IMG/VR virus record: IMGVR_UViG_3300025921_000010
Strand: one strand, 5' to 3'
Length of the DNA stretch: 20,000 nt
Origin: an uncultured virus (IMG/VR IMGVR_UViG_3300025921_000010)
Taxonomy: Duplodnaviria; Heunggongvirae; Uroviricota; Caudoviricetes; Crassvirales
The position numbers and the translations under genes were made by a program. The notes beneath the pieces are model-generated. The model was not told where the DNA came from and did no database searches. It worked only from the letters and a program-made list of their open reading frames with translations. Shown piece by piece: positions 1 through 8,300 of the stretch (the first letter of the stretch is position 1; each line of letters opens with the position of its first letter).

Positions 1-112
1 TAAAGTAACTAAGCAACACTTCTAAATTCTTACCACCAATGACAGGGGCGGAAGTATTAAAATACTTGCCTATAAATTCTTTAACGTTTTCGTCCGTCCA
101 TTCAAATTCCAT
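1..112 (-). CDS. Hypothetical phage protein, 5' part only (MEFEWTDENVKEFIGKYF..., runs off the window)
   Basis: Manual translation: ATG at 112-110, frame open to position 1. The start overlaps the 3' end of the 102..314 ORF, as expected in an operon. Confidence 0.65.
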   Translation of the reverse strand, partial: MEFEWTDENVKEFIGKYFNTSAPVIGGKNLEVLLSYF

Positions 113-314
113 AAAATAAGTTTTTGATTTTGATTGCAGTTATTTGGAAACACCTAATGAATTTATATTTTGAAAGCCTTCTAAGAGTAACAGAAGTTAA
201 ACACTTTTCATCATTTACACTTAATACGATATGTTTTGTATCGTTGATGTTTATTATATCAAACTTCTTCATTCCTTTAGTTAGTGTTAATAAACTTAGT
301 TTGGATTGCTTCAT
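102..314 (-). CDS. Hypothetical protein (70 aa)
   Basis: ATG lies 3 nt after the stop of the GroES-like gene; tightly packed - strand operon. Confidence 0.6.
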   Translation of the reverse strand: MKQSKLSLLTLTKGMKKFDIININDTKHIVLSVNDEKCLTSVTLRRLSKYKFIRCFQITAIKIKNLFYGI

Positions 315-317
315 TTT

Positions 318-854
318 TTAATCTTCAAAATCTTCTACCAACTGACTTTCAGAAACAGCGTATATTTCACTTTGGTTTAAAATAATATTATCTTTAACTT
401 TTACGCCTAAATTCTTAGGGTAAATAACTACATCTCCGACTTCCAGTAGCATGGGCTCTGACTGTGTCCCGCTTCCGGTGGCGATAACCTTTCCTTCGGC
501 TATGGTTTTATCTTCGAGTAAGACTACGCCACCTTCGGAAAGCGTTTCGTCTTTTTTAATGGGTTCAATAAGTACTCTTGCGTGAAGTGGTATCATAGTA
601 TTGTCTTTTATAGTTCCTAAGATGAAGTTGTGATTAATAGATAAGTATTTTTTATCTCCGTATTCTGCGATATATCCGGTGCGGTGGTTGTAGAAAACGT
701 GATCGCCGTCTTTTAATTCGTGATCCGGTGATATTGAGATAATTATTCCTGTGTTAGTAGGTTTTCTTGCTTCTTCCGGTATATGGATGCCGTTTATTTT
801 ATCCGGTGGAGTGTCTGGAAGAATGACCGCCTGTAATCCGTAGTATTTCAGCAT
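318..854 (-). CDS. groES: Co-chaperonin GroES/Cpn10-like protein with two tandem GroES domains
   Basis: Domain 2 has the classic motifs PLHARVLIEP, SEGGVVL, GKVIATGSG, LEVGDVVIY and ILNQSEIYAV. Domain 1 has NGIHIPEEA, TGIIISI, LKDGDHVFY and YLSINHNFILG. Confidence 0.85.
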   Translation of the reverse strand: MLKYYGLQAVILPDTPPDKINGIHIPEEARKPTNTGIIISISPDHELKDGDHVFYNHRTGYIAEYGDKKYLSINHNFILGTIKDNTMIPLHARVLIEPIKKDETLSEGGVVLLEDKTIAEGKVIATGSGTQSEPMLLEVGDVVIYPKNLGVKVKDNIILNQSEIYAVSESQLVEDFED

Positions 855-876
855 TTAGTGGGAATGAAATAAAAAG

Positions 877-907
877 TGAAGATACAAAATGTATCGAATC
901 TACCAAA
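877..907 (-). promoter_or_regulatory. Class A promoter: TTTG-N19-TATCTTCA with palindrome GATACAAAATGTATC (881-895) overlapping the -7 box
   Basis: Matches the Bacteroidota sigma-A consensus TTTG-N19-21-TAnnTTTG. The same geometry recurs at 1939-1969 and 3538-3568. Confidence 0.75.
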
Positions 908-920
908 TTTATTTTAGAAA

Positions 921-971
921 TTTCTCCCCTTTTTTTACGATACAATTTGTATCTACCTGTCTAACTTTGTT
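921..971 (+). promoter_or_regulatory. Class B promoter module: TTTCTCCCCT-N8-GATACAATTTGTATC(939-953)-N8-TAACTTTG(962-969)TT
   Basis: One of four copies with identical 8/8 spacing; the -7 box is a perfect TAnnTTTG. Confidence 0.8.
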
Positions 972-976
972 CCAAG

Positions 977-1546
977 ATGAAATCTCCTTTTAAGTTTATA
1001 ATCAACATAGAAAAGCCTTACATGGATGAAGCGCCAACAGCTTCCGGTATAAAATTATACCGTGATACTACGTTTCATCCTGAAAACTACGCCCAAACTC
1101 ACGGTGTAGTAACAAGCACCCCTCTAAAAAATGATTTGGATGTTCAAAAAGGCGATGAAATCTACTTTTCTTATCAGGTAGTAGAGGATAAAGAACAAAG
1201 AGACCGCGATACTGACGTTCATAAAAATATGATTTTTTACAACGGGCAAAAATCATGGATGGTTAATACCGACCTCGTGTATTTCAGAGTTCGTAATGAC
1301 CAAATAGGAATGCTGAATAAATATGCTCTCGTGGATTTAATGGAAGAAGAACAAACGTCCTCTTTAGTCATTCCTGATTACTTAAAAAAAGTGAAGTTGT
1401 TAGGACAGGCACGAATCATTGCTTCCGCTAATCTAAAAAAGGGTGAAGTGATCTTATTTGACAAGCGGTTTATAGAAACTTATGAACTCTTTGGAAGGGA
1501 GTATTACATTTTGCACGAAGAAAGAATACTGGCGAAATTAGGTTAA
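977..1546 (+). CDS. Divergent tandem GroES-like (Cpn10-fold) phage protein
   Basis: First GroES-like unit: TASGIKL, HGVVTSTP, VQKGDEIYF. Second unit: TSSLVIPD, LKKGEVILF, GREYYILHEERILAKL. Confidence 0.7.
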   Translation: MKSPFKFIINIEKPYMDEAPTASGIKLYRDTTFHPENYAQTHGVVTSTPLKNDLDVQKGDEIYFSYQVVEDKEQRDRDTDVHKNMIFYNGQKSWMVNTDLVYFRVRNDQIGMLNKYALVDLMEEEQTSSLVIPDYLKKVKLLGQARIIASANLKKGEVILFDKRFIETYELFGREYYILHEERILAKLG

Positions 1547-1552
1547 TTAATA

Positions 1553-1918
1553 TTATTTAAAAATATTACTAATATTTTCAGTTCCCACCGGATTCATTGA
1601 ATGAATGAATATAACTGGCAAATCCGTTTTCATTTGTGCGTAAAATTCTTTCATCCATTTTGCACAATCAAGCCCGGTCTTTTCTAAGTACATAGGACTT
1701 TCCCATGTCTCTGAATTATAATGTTCATCAGCTAAATCATGGTCAAAAGAAACATGGGTAATTAAGTCAATATTTTCTGAAATTACTTTTACAAATTCAT
1801 CATAGTTCTTAACTAACTCCCATTGCTCATAATAAATTGGATTCTTTGCTCCAATTCTTCTGTGCATATATCTACCTGCTTCTTGTGGTATTCTGTAATC
1901 ATCTAGAAAGACTTTCAT
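1553..1918 (-). CDS. Cyclic-phosphate processing receiver domain (cREC-like) protein
   Basis: Signature motifs FLDDxR, SFDHDL, KTGLDCAKW and IHSMNPVG are characteristic of this standalone receiver-fold family. Confidence 0.8.
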   Translation of the reverse strand: MKVFLDDYRIPQEAGRYMHRRIGAKNPIYYEQWELVKNYDEFVKVISENIDLITHVSFDHDLADEHYNSETWESPMYLEKTGLDCAKWMKEFYAQMKTDLPVIFIHSMNPVGTENISNIFK

Positions 1919-1938
1919 CGGTAATGAGTTTTGAATAG

Positions 1939-1969
1939 TAAAGATACAAATTGTATCGAACTATCCAAA
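1939..1969 (-). promoter_or_regulatory. Class A promoter: TTTG-N19-TATCTTTA with palindrome GATACAAATTGTATC (1943-1957)
   Basis: Same geometry as 877-907; lies about 20 nt upstream of the 1918 start. Confidence 0.75.
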
Positions 1970-1971
1970 TT

Positions 1972-2022
1972 TTTCTCCCCTTTTTTCAAGATACAAAATG
2001 TATCATTCATTCTAATTTTGTT
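1972..2022 (+). promoter_or_regulatory. Class B promoter module with palindrome GATACAAAATGTATC (1990-2004) and -7 box TAATTTTG (2013-2020)
   Basis: Invariant TTTCTCCCCT-N8-palindrome-N8-TAAYTTTGTT layout. Confidence 0.8.
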
Positions 2023-2033
2023 CAAAGAGGATT

Positions 2034-2693
2034 ATGACCATTCAAGACATACATAACTGGATAGACTTTCTCACCAATAAAGCGCAAGGGGTTTACTTTA
2101 CCCACGAAGAAAAGGATATGGCTCTTGACAGGGCACAGATGCAGTATTTTAATGAGCAGTACGGTTATTATGCGCTTGCTCAAAAAATACAGGAATCTCT
2201 TTCTCCCTTTAAAACTAAGTACTCTTTTTTAGATACTCCAAGTGGACTAATAACTGCTCCGGCAGATTATTTATACCTCACAGGGGGTAAAATCGTGTAC
2301 ATGGAAGGTTCTCATACTCGTTATAAGGCTTTAAAAGTCCTTTCAGATGATGAACTGGCTTATAGATTAAACTCTCAGTTGCGTCCGGTAACAATCACAA
2401 GTCCGGTAGCAGTAATGGCAGGGAAAGTATCGGGCATCTCTCTGATTCAACTATATCCTAAGCAAACATTTGCAGGAGATATTGATTATCTGAGGCGACC
2501 CAAAGCACCTAAGTACGCTTATACGCAATCAGGTAGAACGTTCACTTATGATAGTGCAAATTCTGTACAAATAGAATGGGGCGAAAGTGAACTCAATGAA
2601 TTAATCATGCGTGCTTTAAGTTTCTTAGGTATCTCAATAGATGACCAGTTGGTAACTCAATATGCGGAAGCAAAAAGTAAATCAGTGAACTAA
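2034..2693 (+). CDS. Putative tail tubular/ring (head-tail adaptor) protein
   Basis: N-terminus NKAQGVYFTHEEKDMALDRAQMQYF and C-terminal DYLRRPKAP...IEW...ELIMRAL resemble crAss-like/Bacteroidota phage ring proteins. Lies upstream of the muzzle gene. Confidence 0.7.
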   Translation: MTIQDIHNWIDFLTNKAQGVYFTHEEKDMALDRAQMQYFNEQYGYYALAQKIQESLSPFKTKYSFLDTPSGLITAPADYLYLTGGKIVYMEGSHTRYKALKVLSDDELAYRLNSQLRPVTITSPVAVMAGKVSGISLIQLYPKQTFAGDIDYLRRPKAPKYAYTQSGRTFTYDSANSVQIEWGESELNELIMRALSFLGISIDDQLVTQYAEAKSKSVN

Positions 2694-3325
2694 TGACTAA
2701 ATACAAAATAGCCGAACAAATTCTTCTCATGCTCAAAGGAGGCAACATAAAAGCTGCCACCACTATTGAGTTGGAAGATATTATGGAGGCAGTAGGGCAG
2801 TACATTAATTCACACTTCAAGCAGGAACAACTTTCAGTGAATATGCCATCGGGTGAAACTATTCCCGAAGGTGTTATGCTTACCTATTATGATGGGCTTG
2901 TGCCTGTACAGTATAAAGGGGTTTCTAAAGTTACATTGCCGGTTACGCCAATTTCTTTGCCGAGAAATATGGGCATTATGCACTTATCAAGGTCAAACGA
3001 TATAAATGATGGATTTATCCCTACGCAAAACGGGCAATTAGCCTTACTAAAAGGAGAAAGGTTAATCAGCGATATGTCAGGACAGGTTAGTTATACTCCT
3101 TTTGGGAATGATTGTATTTTAAGCAAAGACCTAACAACAGAGACAGGAGTTACTGTAATTGCAGGATTGGTAGTCATGGATATTTCTAAGTATGGAGATT
3201 TTGATCCGCTTCCATTACCCGCTGATATGGAAGCTACTATCATTCAGGAAGTGTTTAAATTATTTTCAATGCAGATGCAGGGTGCGAAATTAGATGACCC
3301 AAGCGCAGAAAGACAACCAAAATGA
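2693..3325 (+). CDS. Putative tail ring protein 2
   Basis: TAATG overlap with the previous gene. C-terminal PLPLPADMEATII is typical of crAss-like ring proteins; size about 210 aa. Confidence 0.6.
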   Translation: MTKYKIAEQILLMLKGGNIKAATTIELEDIMEAVGQYINSHFKQEQLSVNMPSGETIPEGVMLTYYDGLVPVQYKGVSKVTLPVTPISLPRNMGIMHLSRSNDINDGFIPTQNGQLALLKGERLISDMSGQVSYTPFGNDCILSKDLTTETGVTVIAGLVVMDISKYGDFDPLPLPADMEATIIQEVFKLFSMQMQGAKLDDPSAERQPK

Positions 3326-3332
3326 GTTATTA

Positions 3333-3518
3333 TTAAGCATTCTTAGCAGCTTCGGTAAGTATAGCCCATTCTTCATCTGTAAACTTAACCTCTGAAATGC
3401 CTCTCTGGTCTAAATCTAAAACATAATCTACGCCTTCAATATCACGTATGTATTGAATGTATTTAGAAAGGACTGTATTTGAAATTGTATTGTCCTTAAT
3501 AGGTTCCCCTTCTTTCAT
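3333..3518 (-). CDS. Hypothetical protein (61 aa, MKEGEPIK...)
   Basis: The ORF-track start at 3548 is a TTG inside the promoter palindrome. The ATG at 3518 lies about 20 nt downstream of the class A -7 box, matching the other cassettes. Confidence 0.7.
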   Translation of the reverse strand: MKEGEPIKDNTISNTVLSKYIQYIRDIEGVDYVLDLDQRGISEVKFTDEEWAILTEAAKNA

Positions 3519-3537
3519 TAAGAATAGTTTTATTAAA

Positions 3538-3568
3538 TAAAGATACAAATTGTATCAAACCAACCAAA
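3538..3568 (-). promoter_or_regulatory. Class A promoter: TTTG-N19-TATCTTTA with palindrome GATACAAATTGTATC (3542-3556)
   Basis: Third copy with identical geometry. Confidence 0.75.
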
Positions 3569-3572
3569 TATT

Positions 3573-3623
3573 TTTCTCCCCTTTTTCTTAGATACAAAAT
3601 GTATCTCAACTTCTAACTTTGTT
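3573..3623 (+). promoter_or_regulatory. Class B promoter module with palindrome GATACAAAATGTATC (3591-3605) and -7 box TAACTTTG (3614-3621)
   Basis: Invariant layout and spacing. Confidence 0.8.
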
Positions 3624-3636
3624 GGAAGAAAAATAT

Positions 3637-4398
3637 ATGAGATATACTACGCTCGATAATATTTGCAGAAGCACATTAATGCAAGCCGGTTACAGCCTCC
3701 ATTGGTATCTACAAGCCTTAAAGAGTGCAAGTGATTGCCTTCGTGAACTAACTTTCGACACTTTACAAAATGTAAATACAGTTAACCTTACTTTATCTGA
3801 TTCCGGTTCGGCAGACCTGCCTTGTGATTATGTTGACTTCGTAAAAGTTGGTGTTCCGTATTCTCAATATGTCCGTCCACTTGTGCAGAAAGATTCTATC
3901 AACAGGCTTCAAAACAAAGATACTTCCGGCAATCCTATACCTTATTCCAATGCGATTGATGTAACGTATGGAGATACCGTTTCCGTTCCTCCATTTTTTG
4001 AAAGCGACTACATAAATGATAATGGTGAGCCTTTAGGAAGGCTATTTGGATTTAATGCAGGTTGGATTCAGGACGGCTTCAAAATATTGAGAGAAAGAGG
4101 ACAAATACAGGTTGACCAACAATTATGTGCGACCTCAATTTACTTGGAATATATCAGTGACGGACAATGTTCGGATAATGCTACTAAAGTTCATCCTTAC
4201 GCCCAAAAAACTATTGAGGCTTATATCTTATGGCAGTTCAAACAACATAGTCGGGCTTACGGAAGTCAGGAAAGAGAATTAGCGAAGGATGAATTTAGTT
4301 CCCAAAGAAGAATATTGAGGGCACGATTAACCGGACTTACTGCACAGGATATTAAACGGATAGTAAGGAAATCTTATTCAGCAACTACTAAAGGTTAA
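3637..4398 (+). CDS. Putative tail ring/structural protein 3 (253 aa)
   Basis: LPCDYVDFVKV, LEYISDG, KVHPYAQKTIEAYILW and RILRARL resemble conserved Bacteroidota podophage structural proteins. Start moved to ATG 3637 because the track's TTG at 3619 lies in the -7 box. Confidence 0.7.
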   Translation: MRYTTLDNICRSTLMQAGYSLHWYLQALKSASDCLRELTFDTLQNVNTVNLTLSDSGSADLPCDYVDFVKVGVPYSQYVRPLVQKDSINRLQNKDTSGNPIPYSNAIDVTYGDTVSVPPFFESDYINDNGEPLGRLFGFNAGWIQDGFKILRERGQIQVDQQLCATSIYLEYISDGQCSDNATKVHPYAQKTIEAYILWQFKQHSRAYGSQERELAKDEFSSQRRILRARLTGLTAQDIKRIVRKSYSATTKG

Positions 4399-4419
4399 AT
4401 CATCTTAAAACATACAAAA

Positions 4420-4566
4420 ATGAAACATCCGGGATTCAAAAGTGTACAATCCTCAATCGCAAGAAAAGAGGGAGTATCTAAGAAAGCAGCAGGAGCTATT
4501 CTCGCAGCAGCAAGTAGAAAAAATGCAAAAACCTCGTCCAATCCGAGACTAAAGCGTGTTAAATAA
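4420..4566 (+). CDS. Small basic protein, 48 aa (MKHPGFKSVQSSIARKEGVSKKAAGAILAAASRKNAKTSSNPRLKRVK), possibly DNA-binding or virion core
   Basis: Manual translation (below the ORF-track cutoff). A-rich leader, fills the intergenic gap, K/R/A-rich. Confidence 0.8.
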   Translation: MKHPGFKSVQSSIARKEGVSKKAAGAILAAASRKNAKTSSNPRLKRVK

Positions 4567-4627
4567 TTTGACATTAAAACAGACTAAACTTTAAAGCAGG
4601 AACCGGCTAAGCGGTTCATATATAAAC

Positions 4628-5032
4628 ATGAATACAAAAGAAAAAGCAATCAGATTTTTTACAGAGAAAGTAGCAGATAATGTAAAGTTTGCTTATGGTT
4701 CAGAAAAAGAGATGATGACACATCTTTTTTCTGGAGAAGTTACAATCCCGTTTACAGATGCTATCGATTATGTGACTGAACTGATTGGAGAGTGTAATCT
4801 TCCTTCAAGACATAAGCATGGTGATAAAGTTTTATTTGGTATGCAACCCTCAGATGGCGGATGGATTTGTCCGATGACAGGAACTGTTACAGGAGTGCAT
4901 TTCTACCAAAGTAAGGTTAAATACGATTTAGAACTTGGACTTGATGAAGAAAAAACCAGAATTTATAACGTGGATTCTCTTTATGTGCAACCATTTTCGG
5001 AAGAAGCATATAAATGTTATGCGCTGAAATAG
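4628..5032 (+). CDS. Hypothetical protein (134 aa) with a possible C-terminal SH3-like barrel
   Basis: ATG with A-rich leader. HKHGDKVLF...GTVTGVHF...VKYDL...IYNVDSLYV is an SH3/KOW-like pattern (inference). Confidence 0.75.
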   Translation: MNTKEKAIRFFTEKVADNVKFAYGSEKEMMTHLFSGEVTIPFTDAIDYVTELIGECNLPSRHKHGDKVLFGMQPSDGGWICPMTGTVTGVHFYQSKVKYDLELGLDEEKTRIYNVDSLYVQPFSEEAYKCYALK

Positions 5033-5079
5033 TAAACAAATCAAAACCTTTCTGTGTATAGGTCAACAGAATTAAAATT

Positions 5080-5319
5080 ATGGCAAGAATGAGAGCAAAA
5101 TTTACAGTTCAAACTATTGAAAAGTATGAAGGAGGAGAAACCCTTTATTTTTCCGCTGTTTGTCCAGACAAATTTGGAGAAAACGGAGAAAATGAAGATA
5201 ATGATTTCGCAAGATGGACACCATCCGGGAATCTTTCAATGAGTGTTACCAATCCAAATTTATTGGGAACTTTTAAGGAAGGTGAGAAGTATTATTTGGA
5301 CTTTACAAAAGCAGATTAA
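5080..5319 (+). CDS. Conserved phage hypothetical protein (79 aa)
   Basis: RAKF...F.AV...E...FARWTPSG.LSM.VTNP...F..G..YYLDFT matches a widespread small phage family of unknown function, recognised from memory. Confidence 0.8.
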   Translation: MARMRAKFTVQTIEKYEGGETLYFSAVCPDKFGENGENEDNDFARWTPSGNLSMSVTNPNLLGTFKEGEKYYLDFTKAD

Positions 5320-5323
5320 ATAA

Positions 5324-8300
5324 TTGGATAACTACCGCAAAATATTTAATGAGGGCTTAAATGCTGACGATGACTTCTCGGTAATATCGAAAGGGCAATG
5401 GGTGAACGCTTCCAATATCCGCACATTTACTACTGATAGCGGCGCAACAGGTCGTGTAGAAAATGTTGGCGGTACTTCTTTAATCTTTAGCTCGCTTCCT
5501 GCGGGAACGAATAAATGTATCGGGGCGGTGGCGGATGATTCGCAAAAGTTTATTGTATTCTTTAACTGGAACGATACGGAGGCAACCGATATTCGTGACA
5601 CACAAACAATCGTACATAAAAGTCACGGAATATACTGTCTTTATAACGGTGTTCCTTATACTGTATTATTAGATGTGGACGCTGTAGGGGGGCTTAATTT
5701 TGACAAATACTACCGCATAGATAGTAATTGTAAGATTAGCGGCGACCTCCTATATTGGACTGACAACAAAAACGAACCACGCAGACTTAACCTGAAAGCT
5801 GCGATAAATGCGTACCACGCCAACACTTTCCCAAGTGTTACTCCTTATGCTCTACGTTTAGCACCTGAAAACATCACAGTTATAAGACGTGCGCCTCAAC
5901 TTCCCTTAGAATGCACCAAAGCAGTAGGAGCAGATTTAGGTGTTACCGTAGTGCAGAATTTCATTAAGAATCTTTCACTTCAATTTTGTTATTATTACGT
6001 TTTTAGAGATTATGAAACTTCGGTTACTTCTACCCGCTCTCTCCTATTTAATTACAATTTCGATGAAGAGAATTTTGACGTTATAGACATCAAGATTCCC
6101 TTGTTAGAGAAAATCCAACAGGACGTTTCAGAAGTATATCTTGTGGCTCAAAATAAAGAATCAACGAAGTATTTCATTATTAAAAAATGGAGCAAAGAAA
6201 ACACTTCTGATTTAAGCGCCATTAATCTTCATAATTCAGGAACAAAACAACTTGAATTTATCTTCAAAGGAGATTATTTCGGAGCTGCCTTAGACGATGT
6301 ATTTTCAACGAAGCTGTATGAATCAATCCCGCTCCTCTCAAAGACGCTTGAACTGGCTAAAAACAGGCAATTCTTCGCTAATAATCTTGTAGGATATAAT
6401 ACACCCGCAATAACTTCGCTAACCACTTCAATATTGCAAGGGGGTACTACCTCAGAGACCGACAATGTTTATTGGACGGACTTTTTTATTAGTATTCACG
6501 GTACGCCTCAAAACATGGGCAGTGGGGCTATAAATTTTGACTACCATTATAATGTAGTCAAACTACCGTCCGCAAGTAACGGATATTACACATTAGCTGA
6601 TAACACTATGCCCGCTACTGCTGATTTTTCTGATATGATTTTTGCGGGCAATACACTCGATGAAGTAAGCCAGTACTTTGTATTCGATATAATGAGGTTG
6701 AATCCTGGTTACGATATTGATGTAATGGACAATTCTTTAAATGACACCACTACACCTGTTACCGTATCTAATATTGGCCTTATTGTTCCGCTTACCGGAC
6801 GATTCTTTAAAACGGATTCTACCTATAAGGTAAGTATTGAGTTTTTAGATGGCTTCCAGAGGAAATGCGGGGTAGTTGATGTAACCAACACGATAACAAT
6901 TCCAACAAGGAAGTTTACTTACGATTCGTACTATACGTATATAAAGTGGACTTTAAGTAATTCTAACGCTTTAATTGAAATACCGGAGTGGGCAACACAT
7001 TATCAGATAGTAATAACCCAAAGCCGGAATATTCTATTTTTTATTGAAGGAGTAGCGACCAAGTACGCTTATGTAAAAAAAGACGATGCCGGACTGTATA
7101 CTTATACCGACACTGTACCCGACGATGATTACGTAGGGCTGGCCGTTGACCTTTCAGAACTCCTCAATAATAATATCGGCTACACTTATCAGGATAAAGA
7201 CCTCGCTGTAATATACAGAGATAGCGTTCCTGCAATATATACGGAAGTTATCGGTACAGACGGAAAGTGGGTGATCCTAAACTATAAAGACATTGGAACC
7301 ATCGCTACTACTCCTGCGCCTTTTGTGTATGAAATTCGCTCCCCTAAAACACAAGGCAGTGACGATGTTTTTTACGAAGTTTCACAGTGTTACCCAATTA
7401 CGAATGCGGGAACTTCGGGCAGGGTTTTCAGTACCCTTACAGGTCAGGTAAGAGGCGATACCTATATCGTTAAGAGAACCGTAGGAGGAACTGATTACTA
7501 TATGGAATCTATCTCCCCTAATGATAAACACCCTTTAACGTGGTTTACCGATGCTGGCAGACCCAATGCGGTTGACAATATCGGACAAAAATTACTTCCA
7601 GATAACATTTGTTTTAGTGATGTGCTAATTGAGGGAACCAAAGTAAACGGGTTATCCTCGTTCTCAACTTTGAACGTAACAGACCTTGAATCCGAAAACG
7701 GTTCTATACAGAAACTACAACTCTCCAATAAAGTACAATCCGATGGTACTGTAATGCTTGCTATCTGTCAGGATGAAACGGTCTCAATGTATCTCGGCGA
7801 ACAAGAGTTATTCGATACACAAGGGAGCGCTTATGTAGCACAGGCTACCGGAGTAATCGGTTCTCATAAAGCCCTCAAAGGTTCTCTCGGTACTTCTAAT
7901 CCTGAATCAGTCTTTGAATATAACGGGCTGGTGTTTTGGTGGGATATCAGAAACGGTTGTGCGGTACAGTACGCAGATAACGGACTATCCCCAATTTCAA
8001 GTAAGAAGTTAGTTCGTGCCGCTAATTTGTTCTCTAATAAATTCGCTTCACTTACTAAGGCAGAAATAGAGGCACTCGGTAGCAATCCTTTTATTATCGG
8101 AGGATTCGACCCTTATCATAAAGAAGTCTTATTCACTATCCCCTCTACAGAAACACCGCCAAAAGGTTATTTAGAGGATTTTAATGTCGTATATCCATAC
8201 GACATTTATGATGGACAAGGAAAGACTTTAGTCTATAAGAACCCTACGGATATGTGGTTTGGCTCAATGAGTTTTCAGGCAGAGCAATTTGTAAAAATGG

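Noticed and set aside
921..930. TTTCTCCCCT (AGGGGAGAAA on the - strand) as a Shine-Dalgarno site for the leftward genes
   Set aside because: It lies more than 50 nt from the leftward start codons and upstream of their predicted promoters. It is also present at 8907, where there is no leftward gene.
881..3605. Recurrent palindromic repeats read as a CRISPR array or as transposon/MITE ends
   Set aside because: The copies are separated by whole genes rather than 30-40 nt unique spacers. There are no cas genes, transposase or target-site duplications, and the positions track promoters.
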